This document shows positions 15,471-30,030 of a stretch of 64,000 nucleotides of DNA, one piece after another (the stretch's first letter is position 1; each line of letters begins with the position of its first letter). Origin of the DNA: Lama guanicoe (lineage: Eukaryota); the NCBI GenBank assembly GCA_013239625.1, contig MU053588.1:583988-647987 (forward strand), in the 5' to 3' direction. Both the position numbers and the translations under genes were made by a program. Under the pieces are notes generated by a model. It saw only the letters and a program-made list of their open reading frames with translations. It was not told where the DNA came from and searched no databases.

Positions 15471-16240
15471 TCAGGACTGGTCAGTCTGATGAAGCATAGC
15501 CCTGTATTAATGTTAAGTTACGTGGTTTACTGATGTGAAGAACATTACATGTGCCCAAATTGATTATTATAAAAGAATCTTAATGGTGCTATTGCTGTTA
15601 CTATACTAAAATTCATGTTTCTCTTGCCTGCTATTTATAATGCTAACACTCCCCCTCCTCAAAAAAAATTCCATAGCTAGGTTTGAAAATACATTTATTT
15701 CTTCTTATTAAAAATTTTTTTAAATCAGCAAATGAGTTTTTAGGAAAGATGAGGAGAAGATGTTCCCCTAACTTCATTAGCAGGAGAGAAAAACATGATC
15801 AAGGAATCTGATCAATGTCAAATTGAGAACATTAACAAGAGGCCAAATACCCTTATGTTGTACAATAAGATGTGTGTAAATATAATTATTACTTATTCTC
15901 TATTCTTTCATTATATACTATTCCTATAAATTTTTTTTGGAGGATACTGAAAAACCTGAGACTGTTGTAAAGTTTTGTAAAACCAACAATAAATCTCTTT
16001 TTGAAATTTTTATTTGAAAGGCTCTGAAACATTTTTGTCTTATTTGATAATTTGGTGCTCTGTTAATTAAATTAATGGTATTTCTACCCTTTAAAATGTA
16101 TAAATATCTGGAAGGTTTTTCAGACAAGAAATTGATTCTCGCTTCCCTTTTCTAGTCACATACACAGTTACATAATGAAATTCATGGATTCCTTTTGCAA
16201 ACCCAGAATGATTCCAGATCCTTTGTCTCCTGGTATTTTA

Positions 16241-16917
16241 TTTTTTAACATTTTTTTTAGTTGAGTTATAGTCAGTTTGCAATGTTGTGTCAATTTCCAG
16301 TGTAGAGCACAACTTTTCAGTTATACATGAACATACATATATTCATTGTCACATTCTTTTTCACTGTGAGCTACCACAAGATCTTGTATATATTTCCCTG
16401 TGCTATACAGTATAATCTTGTTTATCTATTATGCATATGTCTGTCAGTATCTACAAATTTTGAACTCCCGGTCTGTCCCTTCCCACCTCCCTCCCCCTTG
16501 GCAACTACAAGTTTGTATTCTATGTCTATGAGTCTGTTTCTGTTTTGTATTTATGTTTTGTTTTGTTTTTTTAGATTCCGCATATGAGCAATCTCATGTG
16601 GTATTTTTCTTTCTCTTTCTGGCTTACTTCACTTAGAATGACATTCTCCAGGGACATCCATGTTGCTGCAAATGGCATTATGTTGTCGTTTTTAATGGCT
16701 GAATAGTATTCCATTGTATAAATATGCCACTTCTTCTTTATCCAGTCATCTGTCGATGGACATTTAGGCTGTTTCCATATCTTGGCCATTGTAAATAGTG
16801 CTGCTATGAACATTGGGGCACAGGTGTCTTTTTGAAGTAGGGTTCCTTCTGGATATATGTCCAGGAGCGGGATTCCTGGGTCATATAGTAAGTCTGTTCC
16901 TAGTCTTTTGAGAAATC
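16241..16917 (-). mobile_element. Young 5'-truncated L1 with 17-bp TSD
   Basis: ORF 16571-16813 is the L1 ORF2 C-terminus (MFIAALFTMAKIWKQPKCPS...); TSD tgtctcctggtatttta (16224-16240) / tgtctccttatatttta (16918-16934). Confidence 0.9.
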
Positions 16918-16948
16918 TGTCTCCTTATATTTTAAATTAACATGATTT

Positions 16949-17114
16949 TGGGAAATATATACAAGATCTTATGGTATCTCACGGGGAAAAACAATGTGAC
17001 AATGAATAGATATATGTTCATTTATAACTGAAAAATTGTGCTCTACACTGGAATTTGATACAACATTGTAAAATGATTATAAATCAATAAAAATGTTTTA
17101 GAAATTAATTAATT
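16949..17114 (+). mobile_element. Very short L1 3' end of the same family with 14-bp TSD
   Basis: Matches the 3' UTR at 43650-43795; TSD aattaacatgattt at 16935-16948 and 17115-17128. Confidence 0.85.
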
Positions 17115-17562
17115 AATTAACATGATTTCACTCTGCACAAACAAAACAATGAACATATACTTAAAGGGGAAAAACAGGGAAAATACTAAGAGTGTATCGG
17201 GATGGAGGGAATATTTAACTTTATTTTTCATAAGTTCCTTAGGATACTGAATTTTTGCAACACTTACATGATTTGCATTACCAGAAAATGCACTTTCACT
17301 GCAAGATTCTATTGAGAATACCTCCCCCCTCCACTGAAGCTAACATTTTAAAATATACTAAAGATGTTGTAGAGGAAAAAAAATGTTACTGAAGAGGTGG
17401 TTCATTCCAGCAATTATGAAAATTGAATCTTATGTCTGGCATTAGAAATAAGTACAGTTGAAACAAATTATGACCTACAGTCCTTGATATCCTAAATCTC
17501 TACAAAACTATTACTTTCACTGCAAGATTCTATTGAGAATACCTCCCCCCTCCACTGAAGCT

Positions 17563-17930
17563 TCTTTGTTTTAGAGATCTTGGTTGACTTCAATAAGTGA
17601 CCATTTGGGCTACTTGTATTTTCTTTTCCTTCATTTTAAATTCCTGCTCTTATGTTTTAAATTCACCAGTAAAGAGTGAGCCCGCCCTTGACTCAGATAA
17701 AAGCAGAATCCCAGGCCTGCTCTCTTACTCTCTCTCCTGCTCTCTTCCTACAACCTTGCTGTGGCCCCAGATGTGCTGTATAGTATCTAGGACTTATAAG
17801 TAGTAAATTTCTATTTTTTCAAAGTTTCCTGATGCTTGATGCTGAAGGGTATCTTGCAGTCATAAGAACCACAAGGGCTGGTCTCATGACATTGGTTGGT
17901 GAAAAGCTGGGACCGGCACAAAACAACATG
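17563..17930 (+). mobile_element. Probable 5'-truncated ERV LTR
   Basis: TATA-like gataaaagc, CT-rich R region, agtaaa poly(A)-like signal, ends ...aaaacaaca; family not identified. Confidence 0.4.
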
Positions 17931-18685
17931 TAAGTGGCATTTGCACGTTGAATCAGAGAATAAATGAAAAGTAGAACAGTGTTAGGTACACAATAGATGT
18001 TCAATAAATGTAGTCACACTTATCCCCTTCTTCAGTAAATATAATACACAGTAAATATGTATTATTTTGCACATAATCCTACTACAGCGTCATGCAAAAC
18101 TCCAGTATTAAATGGGATTCAATACAACTTTTATGCAGTGAAGCCCACCCCATGCATAATACAAAAGAGAGGGGTGAAAATTTTTGCTGTGACAAAGGTT
18201 TCTGGTAGGCATAATATTGTGCAATGTGAAAAATATTTTTTTCCTGTAAATTTCAGGCTCAAAATTCAGTGACCTTAACAAGGACCCAAACTCACTCTCT
18301 CCTTTTCTACAGTGAGAAAACATACAGTACAGTCTCACTTTATCCAGCTTATCTCAACCTGGAAACACGGCTTTGCCACTAAACAGTATAACTTTGTATG
18401 TCTTTTGATCTCAGAAGCTTTAACTCTAAAATGGAAATATATATGGTAAACACCTGTGATGTTTCAGGTGTCAGCGGCATTTTAGGAAAGAGATAACATA
18501 CACACCAACATGCATAGACACACAAATACACACACAAACGTAAGGTATGGTTAGATTAGGAACCCAAGTTCAAGACCTCACACCAGTCAAGCACTCAATG
18601 ACCCCGGGGGTCACATCACTGACTCAACAGTGGACCTCACACACAGCCTGAGGCCTCAGAAAAGAAGAGCTCCGCAGTCTCCTCA

Positions 18686-19135
18686 GGAAATAATGCCGTT
18701 TGCCGTGACATGGATGGACCTAGAGACCGTCATCCTAAGTGAAGTAAGCCAGAAAGAGAAAGAAAAATACCATGTGACATCTAAAAAAAAAAAGAAAGAA
18801 AGAAAAAAAGAGGACACTAATGAAATCACCTACAACACAGGAACAGACTCGCAGACATAGTAAACAATCTTATGGTTACCAGAGGAGAGGAGGTGGGAAG
18901 GGATCAATTTGGGAGTTTGAAATTTGCAAATGATAAACACTATATATAAAAATAGGTTAAAAAATGAATTTCTTTGATATAGCACAGGGAACTATATTCA
19001 ATATCTTGTAATAACCTTTAATAAAAAATATGGAAACAAATATATACACATATATGCATAACCGAGACATTATGCTGTACACCAGAAATTGACACATTGT
19101 AACTGACTGTACTTCAAAAAATATATTTAAAAAAA
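18686..19135 (+). mobile_element. L1 3' end
   Basis: EIMPFAVTWMDLETVILSEVSQKEKEKYH (ORF2 tail) followed by L1 3' UTR and A-rich end. Confidence 0.85.
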
Positions 19136-20519
19136 TATGGATTATTTCTTTACTTTTCTTAAAATAGCTTTGACTGTATTGTATATTGGTAATGATGTCA
19201 GCGGTATTATATATTGGTAGCTATGATGTCAGCTATGATGTAACCTGCAAGTCTATGTCCATTTGTTTCAGATGGAGAATCTGATACTCTGTTTACTCAT
19301 TCACCATCTGATGGTTAACACCATTGTCCCATACAAGTTTACATTTTAGAATTAAATATACAAAAGGAAAAATAATTTGAATCTCAATCTTTCAGGCTTT
19401 CAGTCGTTTTCTCTGATTTAATGCAAATTGTATCAACATTTTGTGGTTAATCTATTGTTTGCTTTTGGTTATGGGTAAATAATCTGTATTGTACTTGACT
19501 TAGAATGTTTGTATTTATATGTGAGATTGTATTCTAATTTCCTTTTGTATTATGTTTTTAATGTTTAATATTGCATTTACTAGATTTTTAAAGTTTAAAA
19601 GCTTAAAAAGTTTAAAAGATAGGATTTGTCTTTGAAAAGTTATGGAGCTTTTTATATCTGTTGATTTATTTTTAACGTTAGATCTTTAATCTCCTTAAAA
19701 GAAGCATCTTTTTACATGAGACTCTCAGTAAAAGTCAAGTGTCATGTGTTTTGGGCAATGCTAATTGGGACACCAAAGCCCCTCTGGAAAGATATAAAAT
19801 GCAGTTTGGCTCCTTAAAAATATTTACATACTTCTCAGCAACCACATTTGGATCGATAGATTCTTTCATGTCTGAGTTTCTATAGAGCTAATATATAGAA
19901 ATATTCACTAATTAGAAATATTAGAAATACTACTTTATAGTCATTAATTAGAAAATCTTGCTAATTTAGGACTATCTAGCATTTCAAAGTATTCATTAAT
20001 ATTTGCCTTTGTTTAAAGCCATTTTCTAACCTTTTAATCTATTAGCATTTCATTAAACATTAATCAACATTTCTCTAAATACTTGCTTTATTTAGACAAC
20101 TAGTAAACCAAATCTTTAAAGATTAGTGATCAGTTGCAAACGTAAGCTCTTTGAACATCTGAAAATTGGAAATTTAATGTTTCTTTTAAATCACCTAAAA
20201 TCTGTATAGAGGCAACATTCACAAAAGATTGAAATGTTCATAAAACTTACCAGTAAACTTGGAGTAATTTTTTAAAAACGTATTACTATAGATTCAATTC
20301 TTTTTTCTCTATTCTTATGCTTTTTTAAATTTATATTTTAATTTCTTCCCAGTTTTTCTTCTTTGGCCTTTTTTCCTCCTTGGGAGAAGTTTTATAATTT
20401 ATGGTTTCAATATTCTCACCCTACAGATAAGACGGCAGGATCTGAGTGATCAAGCAGTTGTTTCTTGATCAGATCACTGGGGCTGGTCAGAGTCGATGTG
20501 ATCCTGAACTCCTTTAAGT

Positions 20520-21265
20520 CTTTTTTCTTTTTTTAATTTAATAACACATTTAAAGAATTACGGTAAATATAATATAAAATTTACTATTTTGAACTATTTT
20601 AAGTATACAGTTCAGTGGTATTAAGTATATTCATATTGCTGTGCAGCCATCACCACCATCCATCTCTAGAACTCTTTTCATCTTCCAAAACTGAAACTCT
20701 ATACCTATCAAACAGTAGCTCCCCATTCCTCCTCCACTCGACCTGGCAACCACCATTATACTTTCTGTCTCTGATTTTGACTATTCTAAGTACCTTATGT
20801 AAATAGAGTCATATGCTATTTGTCTTTTTGTGACTAGTTTATTTGTAGAATCTCTTCTCTCTTTTGGTTAGTATTTGCGTGGAATATATTTTTGCATCCT
20901 TTCACCTTCTACATCTAAAGTGAGTCTCTTGTCAACAACATATAGTCCAATGATTTTTATGCATTCTGCCAGCCTCTGTCTTTTAATTACAGAATTTAAT
21001 CCATTTACTTTTATTACTGGTAAAGAGAGAATTACTTGTATCATTTTACTATTTGTCTTCTATCTGTCTTACAGCTTTCTTTGTCCCCCATTTCCTGTAT
21101 TACTGTCTTCTTTTGTGTTTAACTGATTTTTTGCAATGAAATGTTTTGATTCCTCTCTCATTTCCTTTCATATATATTCTATAGCTATTTTCTTTGTAGT
21201 TACCATGGGGGTTACATTTAACATCCTAACATAACACTCCAATTTGAATTTATACAGCTTAACTT
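20520..21265 (-). mobile_element. Old L1 fragments (3' end plus internal piece)
   Basis: L1M 3' UTR text (cagttcagtggtattaagtatattcatattgctgtgcagccatcaccacc) after a poly-T; approximate. Confidence 0.7.
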
Positions 21266-22665
21266 TTGAGTCTTTTTTAATAATAAAAATTAACAAATTA
21301 AGTTGTAGGATATTTAAGTCAAAATCTGTCCTCATGAATTAAAGTTTTATCAATGTTATGTTTTTCCATCATTAGAATATATTAAACATTTCAGTTTGCT
21401 TTTTTAAAATATGTACTTTGCTTCTTATTAAAACTGTTAGTTCTTTTAAAAATAATTGATAGATATTTCAACTCCTAGGAAATAACTGATTTGATCTGTT
21501 GTTAGATTTTCTCTTTAGGACATTTGGCAATTTTATTTTTGAAATGCCACTGAATCCTCCAACTGTTTGGCTATTGTTTGTGACATACCTGGTGCTGATG
21601 TCCTGTTGGACCCCCTTCTGTGTGATTATTCTCAGTGACCATCAGTGTTTATCCATTTTTCCTTTTCTTAGTACAATCTTTATTTCTTTCATGCCTGCTT
21701 GGATTTCATATTTGAATTATTTCCCTCCCTATTTACACAGATTAACAAAGTTAGATATAGATACTGAGAAGAAATACTTATTTGTAAAAACACTCTTATT
21801 GGTATCAACAGTACAATGCACACATATCTTATGTCATCCATATTTATATAACTACTTTCGTACATTTTATAGTCACATTTTTCCAACCATTTTGTCTTAT
21901 TTTAATGATTCCCATCATTTTATGCCTATAATTTAAATGATATTGTCATTGTCATTTTATACTTAAATGGAACAGCTTCACCCATAGCAGTCTCACTACA
22001 CTGACTCCTTTCTCTTTAGCACTGTCCATGATTTCCTGGAGAGCATAACATTTTTCTGAACATAGAAGGATGTTTAGACCTGTCCTTTTTGTTTGCATTT
22101 AATTTTGCCCTGAGATAGGGACTCAGCCTTCCTCCTTAAAGGACAACATTAGAGACCAAAGTTTGAGTGTTGTCTGATAGGATGTGAAATTGAGGAGGGA
22201 AGTGGAAGATCACTAGGGTATTCTCAGATACTCAGGAAGTGAACCTGTATGTCCTCAATTCCAAGATCTCAGTACAGTTCAGTAAGTCTTTGAACCAGTA
22301 ACAGTCTCCAGGAAATCACTGAGTCCCACTGTACTTAGTTGCATTTACTTAAATTTAAACTGTATCTTTGATTTCCGCTTGCATTTAGTCAAATTTACAC
22401 TATATCTTTCGCTTCCCTAGTGGACAGTCTTATTTGTAACCTATGCAAAATTCATTATAGCCCTTTGTTGAGGTAACAGACCCTATTGTTGTTAATTGGG
22501 GCTGTTACTAGTCAGATTGAGAACCACATTTACTGCTGCTAGGTATGGCTGTAGAACAAATTATAGTCAATGGGCTGCCATTGGAATTTTGTAGCAGTTT
22601 CTGAGTACCCTTCTTAAGGGCATCTTGCTCAAGTCCTTTACTGTTTTTCTTCTCCAAGCTATTAC

Positions 22666-22702
22666 TGTGTGTGTGTGTGCGCGCGCGTGCGCGTGTATGT
22701 AT
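22666..22702. repeat. (TG)n(CG)n alternating purine-pyrimidine microsatellite
   Basis: tgtgtgtgtgtgtgcgcgcgcgtgcgcgtgtatgtat. Confidence 0.9.
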
Positions 22703-22878
22703 CTGATATATAATATATTTATCACCCCTGAGGACATCACAAATTTGCCATATTTCTATAGTTCTTCCAGGCTTTTTGCATGACAGGGAAATACACTATG
22801 ACCTGGTTGGAGCCACTGGTTACTTTGTGGAACAATCCTAGGTAGGAAGTCTCATGACAGAAAATAAATGTTCCTAAT

Positions 22879-23235
22879 TGTATTAGTCTGCTTGGCTACC
22901 ATAATAAAACCATAGAATGTGTGGCTTAAAACAACAGGAATTTATTTTCTCACAGTTCTGGAGACTAGAAGTCCATGATCAAGGTGTCAGCCTATTCTGT
23001 TTCTGGTAAGAACTCTCTCCTTGGGTTGCAGACAGCCACCTTCTCACTGTGTCCTCCCATGGCAGAGAAAATGAACTCCCTGGTGTCTCTTCTCCCCACC
23101 CTTATAGGACTTTATGTTATATTTTTAATTGAAATACAGTTGACATACAATATTATATTAGTTTCAGGTGTAGTACATAGTGATTTGATATTTGCATACA
23201 TTACGAAATGGTCACCACAATAAGTCTACTAACCT
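22879..23235 (-). mobile_element. MLT1-type LTR fragment with a short L1 3' end
   Basis: tgtattagtctgcttggctaccataataaaaccatagaatgtgtggcttaaaacaacagg...; L1 tail at ~23120-23235. Confidence 0.65.
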
Positions 23236-23339
23236 CTTAGGATAAAAGCTATGTTTTCTTTGGCTACTTTCTAGGGTCTTCTAGTGCTCTGGGAGGAAGA
23301 GAAATAAACCAGAATATTTGTTACAAAGAGAAATGTCAT

Positions 23340-23345
23340 TTTATT
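23340..23345 (-). terminator. Poly(A) signal AATAAA of the WDR87 paralog
   Basis: ~150 nt past the ancestral stop (23492), about the same spacing as in WDR87 (56337-56342). Confidence 0.65.
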
Positions 23346-23494
23346 CAGTACACAGTAATAGATTTCTGGAACTGAATGAAAACGGGTCTTTGTCTAGCCC
23401 CACCTTAAAGTGGGAACAGGTAAAGAGGCTTAAAATCTGTGGCCCAGGCATACTTTCCAATAAGATCTCAAGGTGCTAATATTAGGCCATATCA

Positions 23495-23884
<390 letters not shown>

Positions 23885-23887
23885 CTA

Positions 23888-24745
<858 letters not shown>

Positions 24746-24865
24746 CTATGGAAACTCTCCCTTGAAAGTTGTTCTGCTTCCAGCCTTATTAAGGCATTAC
24801 TAATCCAGTCCTCATCTGAGACTCTTTCTTCTGAGTGGTATGGCCTTTTAGCTGAAATAGAGGTA

Positions 24866-24925
24866 AGGGCTGGGGCAGGGGCTGGGGTGGGGGCCAGGGT
24901 TGGGGCTGGGGCTGGGGCTGGGGTC
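24866..24925 (-). repeat. (CCAGCC)n hexamer repeat encoding Pro-Ala run
   Basis: ggggct units on +; TPAPAPAPTLAPTPAPAPA on -. Confidence 0.85.
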
Positions 24926-27899
24926 TGGTCCTCAGTTTTGCCCACCTGGGAATCCTGGTACTTCACGAACCACTTCCACTTGCCACCTTTGGGCCTACGT
25001 GCAGGTTTCTGTTGTTTAATGATATCAGGTAAGTGGGGCTTTGGCCTGTGGAGGTCTTCTCGGGGCTGGGTCTCTAAGCCTGTTTCCATGACTTGCAAAA
25101 ACATGTCCCTGGCTTTCTCCAAGAGTATATCCTCTTGTCTTCTCCATAAACTTTTCATGTAGTGTGCTCCAAGAAGTTGACTTTCCTGTCCTTCCAAATC
25201 CAACTGATCCCCTAACACTTTCAGGGGCATTCCCTTTTCTTTTTCCAGGGCTCCTGGGAGTTGTATTTTGAAGGGGCTCCTCATAATTGTTGGCCACGTA
25301 GCCTTATCCATAAGTGTGGGAGCTCTCCTTCCATCAAGCAATCTCTCTTTGTCAGGAGCCATTTTCCTTCTAGCTGTACCCTCCCTTTCCTCAGCAAGAA
25401 CCTCACTTTCTATCACTAGCTTTGATAAGTTCACTTCTTCTTTTGAGATCTCTGTTTTCAGTATTCCTTCCTCCTCTGAGAGCATCGCCTCTGTAAGTCT
25501 GCTCTCCTGTTCCTTCTTACTCATGCTCTCCTCATCCTTCTGCCTTGTCGCCCTTTCCTCCTTCTCTTTTTCCTCTTTCTTTTCCATTTCTTCCTCCTTC
25601 TCCTCCTCCTCACCCAGGCTCTCCCCCTCCTCCTCCTCCTCACTCAGAGTCTCCTCCTTGTCCTGCATGTTCAGGTGCCCCCTTCCTCCTTGCTGAGGGG
25701 CTCCTTCCCTTCTTCATGTAGGCCCTCTTTTTTCTTCTTACTCAGCTTCTCTTCCTCCGGAGTCAGTCTCTTTTCCTTCTTTGAACTCTTTTTCTTATGC
25801 TTCGTAGCCAAGTTCTCCTCCAATTCCTCTTCACTCAGGCTTACTTTCTTTTTCTTCTTAATCAGGTATTTCCCTTTCTCTTTCTTGGGCAGAATCTCCT
25901 CCTCTTGTCCTTCCTCAGTGAGACTCTCCTCCTCTATCCCCTTCTTAGCTGGAACTTCCATTCCCTTCTCAACCAAACTTTCAGGTAAGTCTTCAAACAG
26001 TATGTCTTTGATATTCTCTAATCACCACTTTACCTGGCTCTTTTCTGGTTTATTCTCCTCAATTCTCTTCAGAAGCTTCTTCAGCTGCTTTTTTCCTAAC
26101 AGATTTTGCTGCTGGATCTCCTTCAACATGCTGTCTACCTGGATTTTATCTAATAATATGTTTTCCTGGACCTTCTCTAAGAATCTTTGGCCGTCCTCCA
26201 AGCTCTCTTCATCCGTCAGTGTTCTCTCTTTGGCAGCCAGTCTATCAGCTTCTAGTTTTCTTTCTTCCTGAAACTGCTCCTTCTCTTCTTTGGTTATTTC
26301 CTCCTGTTCCTTAAAAAATTCCCACCTCTGGCCATCAATTCCACTCTTTCCCGTAATGAATGACTGCTCTTCCTCAGATATTCCTATTTCTTTCAATGGC
26401 TCTGTATTAGTTTCTCTAGTTATTTTTGTCAGGATCCTCAACAGTTGACTCTCTTTCTTCCTTATATATTTCCCCCTGGAACTAGCCTCTTTTTCTTCAG
26501 AACTAATCCCCGTCCCCATATCCAGTTTCCTTGTCGTCTGTATCCTCTCCGCTTCGATTCTCTTCTTTTCATCCCTGGCAATACTCGTCCCCTCACTCCT
26601 AATGTCATAGGCCAACTTCCTTTCTTCCTCAGGCAGTTCACCTTCTTCTTCCATAATTTCCTTCTCTTCTTGGGTAATTTTTTCCTTTCTCTTAGTTATG
26701 CCAATTCCTTCCCTGGCTATTGCCTTTTCTTTCTCAGCAGTGTGCCTCTCTTCCTTGGCCAGTTTACTGTCTTCCTGAGTTAGTCTTTTCTCCAGTGCCC
26801 TTTCTTCTTTTTCCTGGGACTTTTTCTCCATTTCCTCAGCTTGTTCCTTCTCTTCTAGGGGGAATTTCTTTTTTCCCCAGGCCCATTGTGTTTTTCGATC
26901 ACTCTCTCTCTCTTCTTTCTGACCCCATATTCTCTCTTTCTGGGCCTGTTTCTCTTGTAGGGCTAGAAGTTCTTTTTCATGGGCCCATTGTTTTTATTTT
27001 TTCTCAATGGCTTTCTTATCTTTCCCAAACCATTTCTCCTCTTTCTTAGGTTTCTTCTCTTTTTCCATGACCTCTTTCTTTTATTTGGGGATACCTTCTC
27101 AATTTTCTCTATCTTTTTCTCCTCTTTTGGGACCAGTTTCATTTGTTCTCTGGCCCGTTGCTTTTCGCCCTCAGCTTCTTTTTCCAGTTTTTGAGGCAAT
27201 TTCTCCTCTTTCTGACCCCATCTCTTTCCTTTCTGGGGCCGTTTCTTTTCTTTCAATGACTGTCTTTCCATTTCCCCAGCCTGCTCCCTCTCTTCTAGGC
27301 CCACTTTCTTTTCCCCCCAGGCCTGTTGTGTCTTTTTCTTGGTTATTTTCTCCTCTTTCTGAGCCCTTCTCTCCTTTCTTCAAGATTTGCTCGCCTTTTT
27401 CTGGGTCTGTTTACCTTCTTGTTGTGACAATTTCTCCATTTCTCCAAACTTTTCTTCCTCTTCTGGACCCAGTTTCTTTCTTTTCTAGGCTAATTGTTTG
27501 TCTTTAGCCTCTTTTCCTTCTTTCTTAGCCTCCCTCTCCTTCTGGTCATCTTTCTCTTGTTTCTTGACTTGTTTTTTTCTTTCTTGGATTTGTTTCTTTT
27601 CACAGGCTGCTTTTTTCTCCTTTACTAATGATTTCCTCTTTTCTTGGGTCAGTTTACTCTCTTGCTCTGCCAAGCTGCCTTTTTCTAATGTCGTTTTCCC
27701 TCTTCCCCAAACAGCCCTTCCTCTCGTTTAGATAAATGTTCTTCTTCCTGAGCCAATTTCCCCCTTTTCCAGGACTCTTCCTCAACATGTTTCTCCATAC
27801 CCCAGATGTGTTTCTTCTTTTTGTGGTAATTTTTCATCTTTTTTTAAATTTGTTTCTCTAGTTTCAGGATTAGTTCCTCCTTGTTCCAAGGCAGATCCA

Positions 27900-28075
27900 A
27901 CTCTTCCTCACTCAGCTCTTTTTCTTCCTCATCCAGCTCCTCCCCTTCCTCACTCAGCAGCTCCTCTTCCTCACTCAGCAGCTCCTCTTTCTCACTCAGC
28001 TCCTCCGCTTCCTCGCCCAGCTCTTCCGCTTCCTCGCCCAGCTCCTCCTCTTCCTCGCTCAGCTCCTCCTCTTCA
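27900..28075 (-). repeat. 21-bp coding tandem repeat (EEL[S/G]EE.. heptads)
   Basis: Units such as ttcctcactcagcagctcctc / ttcctcgcccagctcttccgc; EELSEEEEELGEEAEELGEEAEELSEKEELLSEEEELLSEE. Confidence 0.85.
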
Positions 28076-29452
28076 TGGGACAACTTCTCTTCCAAGAACC
28101 CTTCTTCCTGGGCCCACGTGCCTTCTTTGTGGGCCAGCATAGCCTTCTCCCAGCCCAACCTCCTCATTTCTGGGGTTGCCTTCCCCTCTTTCCAGTTCAC
28201 CCTCTTTCTTTTCCCCGGGAGTTTCTCCTTTTTTCCAGTCCTCCTCTTTTCTCCTAGGACTAACTTCTGCTCTTCCTTGGTTAATTTCTTTTGTGAGAAA
28301 GACAGTATTTCTTCTTCCCAACCTATTTTTTCTCTTTGATAGGTCAGTTTCTTATCCTTAGCCAGTTTCTCCTTTCCCTGCATGAATTTCTTCTCTTGTT
28401 TATCCAGTTTCCTTTTCCCCTCAGTTATTTTCCCTTTTTGCATGGCTAGTTTCTTTACTTTTTTAAATTTCCTTTTCTCTAATACTTGGTAATTTTCTAA
28501 TAGAGTAACTTTCTTCTTCTTGGCTTGAGAAAATGCCTTGCCTTTCTTTAATACTTTTTCACCCCGTTTTCTCTCAATCCTACTGTTTCTTCTTCTTTGA
28601 CAACCTCCTTATCCACTTTTTCTGTTATAACAGGTGTTTCTTCCATCAATCTGTCACCCAGTTCTGCTGAGTCCTTTAATAGAGGACAGATCTCTTGGAA
28701 AAGATCCCAGCTGGGCTCTTCAGGAGCAAGCATTGCCTGAGCCAAGTCCACCAATTCTTGACCCAGATGCCTTAACATTCCTGGATAGGAACTTGCTATT
28801 CTTGAGGTGACAAGATTGCAAATGTCATCCTGCCATGGTCTGATGTCTGATCTAGTTGTGCATCCAGAAATCCCAGACAAACCACGACCACTCTTTACAC
28901 GTTTCTTCATTGCATCTTCCTCTTGCTTGGTAGCCTGTATGACTTCTTTCATGGGCTCTTCTGCAGATGTCTCTGGAATATCCTTCAATTTTTTAATCTC
29001 TTTCAACTTTGCATCTGCTTTTTCATGGCTTTTTTTCAATGCTTTTTCCCAATGCCTTTTCAAATGTTCTTGTCTTTCCAGCTTAGGGATCACTTCTCCA
29101 TAATCTTTCATGCTATGTTGATCTATGGTCTTCATAAATCCTGTGGCCTCTGCTGCCTCTGTGACCTCCAAGACTTCTGAGGCTTCCCTGGCTTTTCTGG
29201 CCTCCAACATGACCTCCTTTGATTCAGCATCCTCTTGGGATATGACTGGTGGCAGCTCTGGTTCTAAGGCAACATCCTGGATGTCAATTTGCCCTGATTT
29301 CCTGGCTTCTCTTTCTTCACCTTCATCCTCTGAAGTCACTAGCACAGGGCTAAACTGTAACAATTCTGTCTCTCTCCGCTTTCTGGAAACACTCAGGTCC
29401 CTTTTAACTGCACAGATATTGGGAAAAAAGTAATTAAGAAAAACACAGAGGT

Positions 29453-30030
29453 TACAATAGCCAAGACATGGAAGCAACCTAAATGTCCATTGACAGATGA
29501 ATGGATAAAGAAGATATGGTGTATATATACACAATAGAATACTACTCAGCCATAAAAAAGAATGAAATAATTCTTCAGCAGCAACATGGATGGACCTAGA
29601 GATGATCATACTAAGAGAATTAAGTCAGCAGAGGAAGACAAACATCAGTGATATCACTTATTTGTAGAATCTAAAAAATGATACAAATGAATATATTTAC
29701 AAAACAGAAACAGACTCACAGACATAAAAAACAAACTTACCATTACCAAAGGGGAAATAGAGGGGGAGGGATGAATTAGGAGTTTGGGATTACCAGACAC
29801 AAAGTACTACACATAAAATAGATAAACAACAAGGTTCTACTGTATAGCACAGGGAGCTATATTCAAGATCTTGTAATAACCAAGAATGAAAAATAATACG
29901 AAAAAGAATATATATACCTATAACTGAATCACTTTGCTGTACACCAGAAACTAATGCAACATTGTAAGCCAAATATACTTGAATTAAAAAAAATAAAAAA
30001 TAAAACAAACACTCCCCCCACCCCAAAACC
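29453..30030 (+). mobile_element. 5'-truncated L1 in the last intron of the paralog
   Basis: L1 ORF2 tail plus 3' UTR and A-rich tail; cacagaggt at 29444-29452 and 30031-30039 (TSD core). Confidence 0.85.

Noticed and set aside
19190..19315. ATGATG...CTGA pattern suggesting a C/D snoRNA
   Set aside because: C box is imperfect (ATGATGT), comes from a short local duplication, and no terminal stem was seen.
29408..29609. N-terminus of ORF 28548-29609 (MIISRSIHVAAE...)
   Set aside because: Antisense L1 and intron sequence; the real exon starts at 29407.
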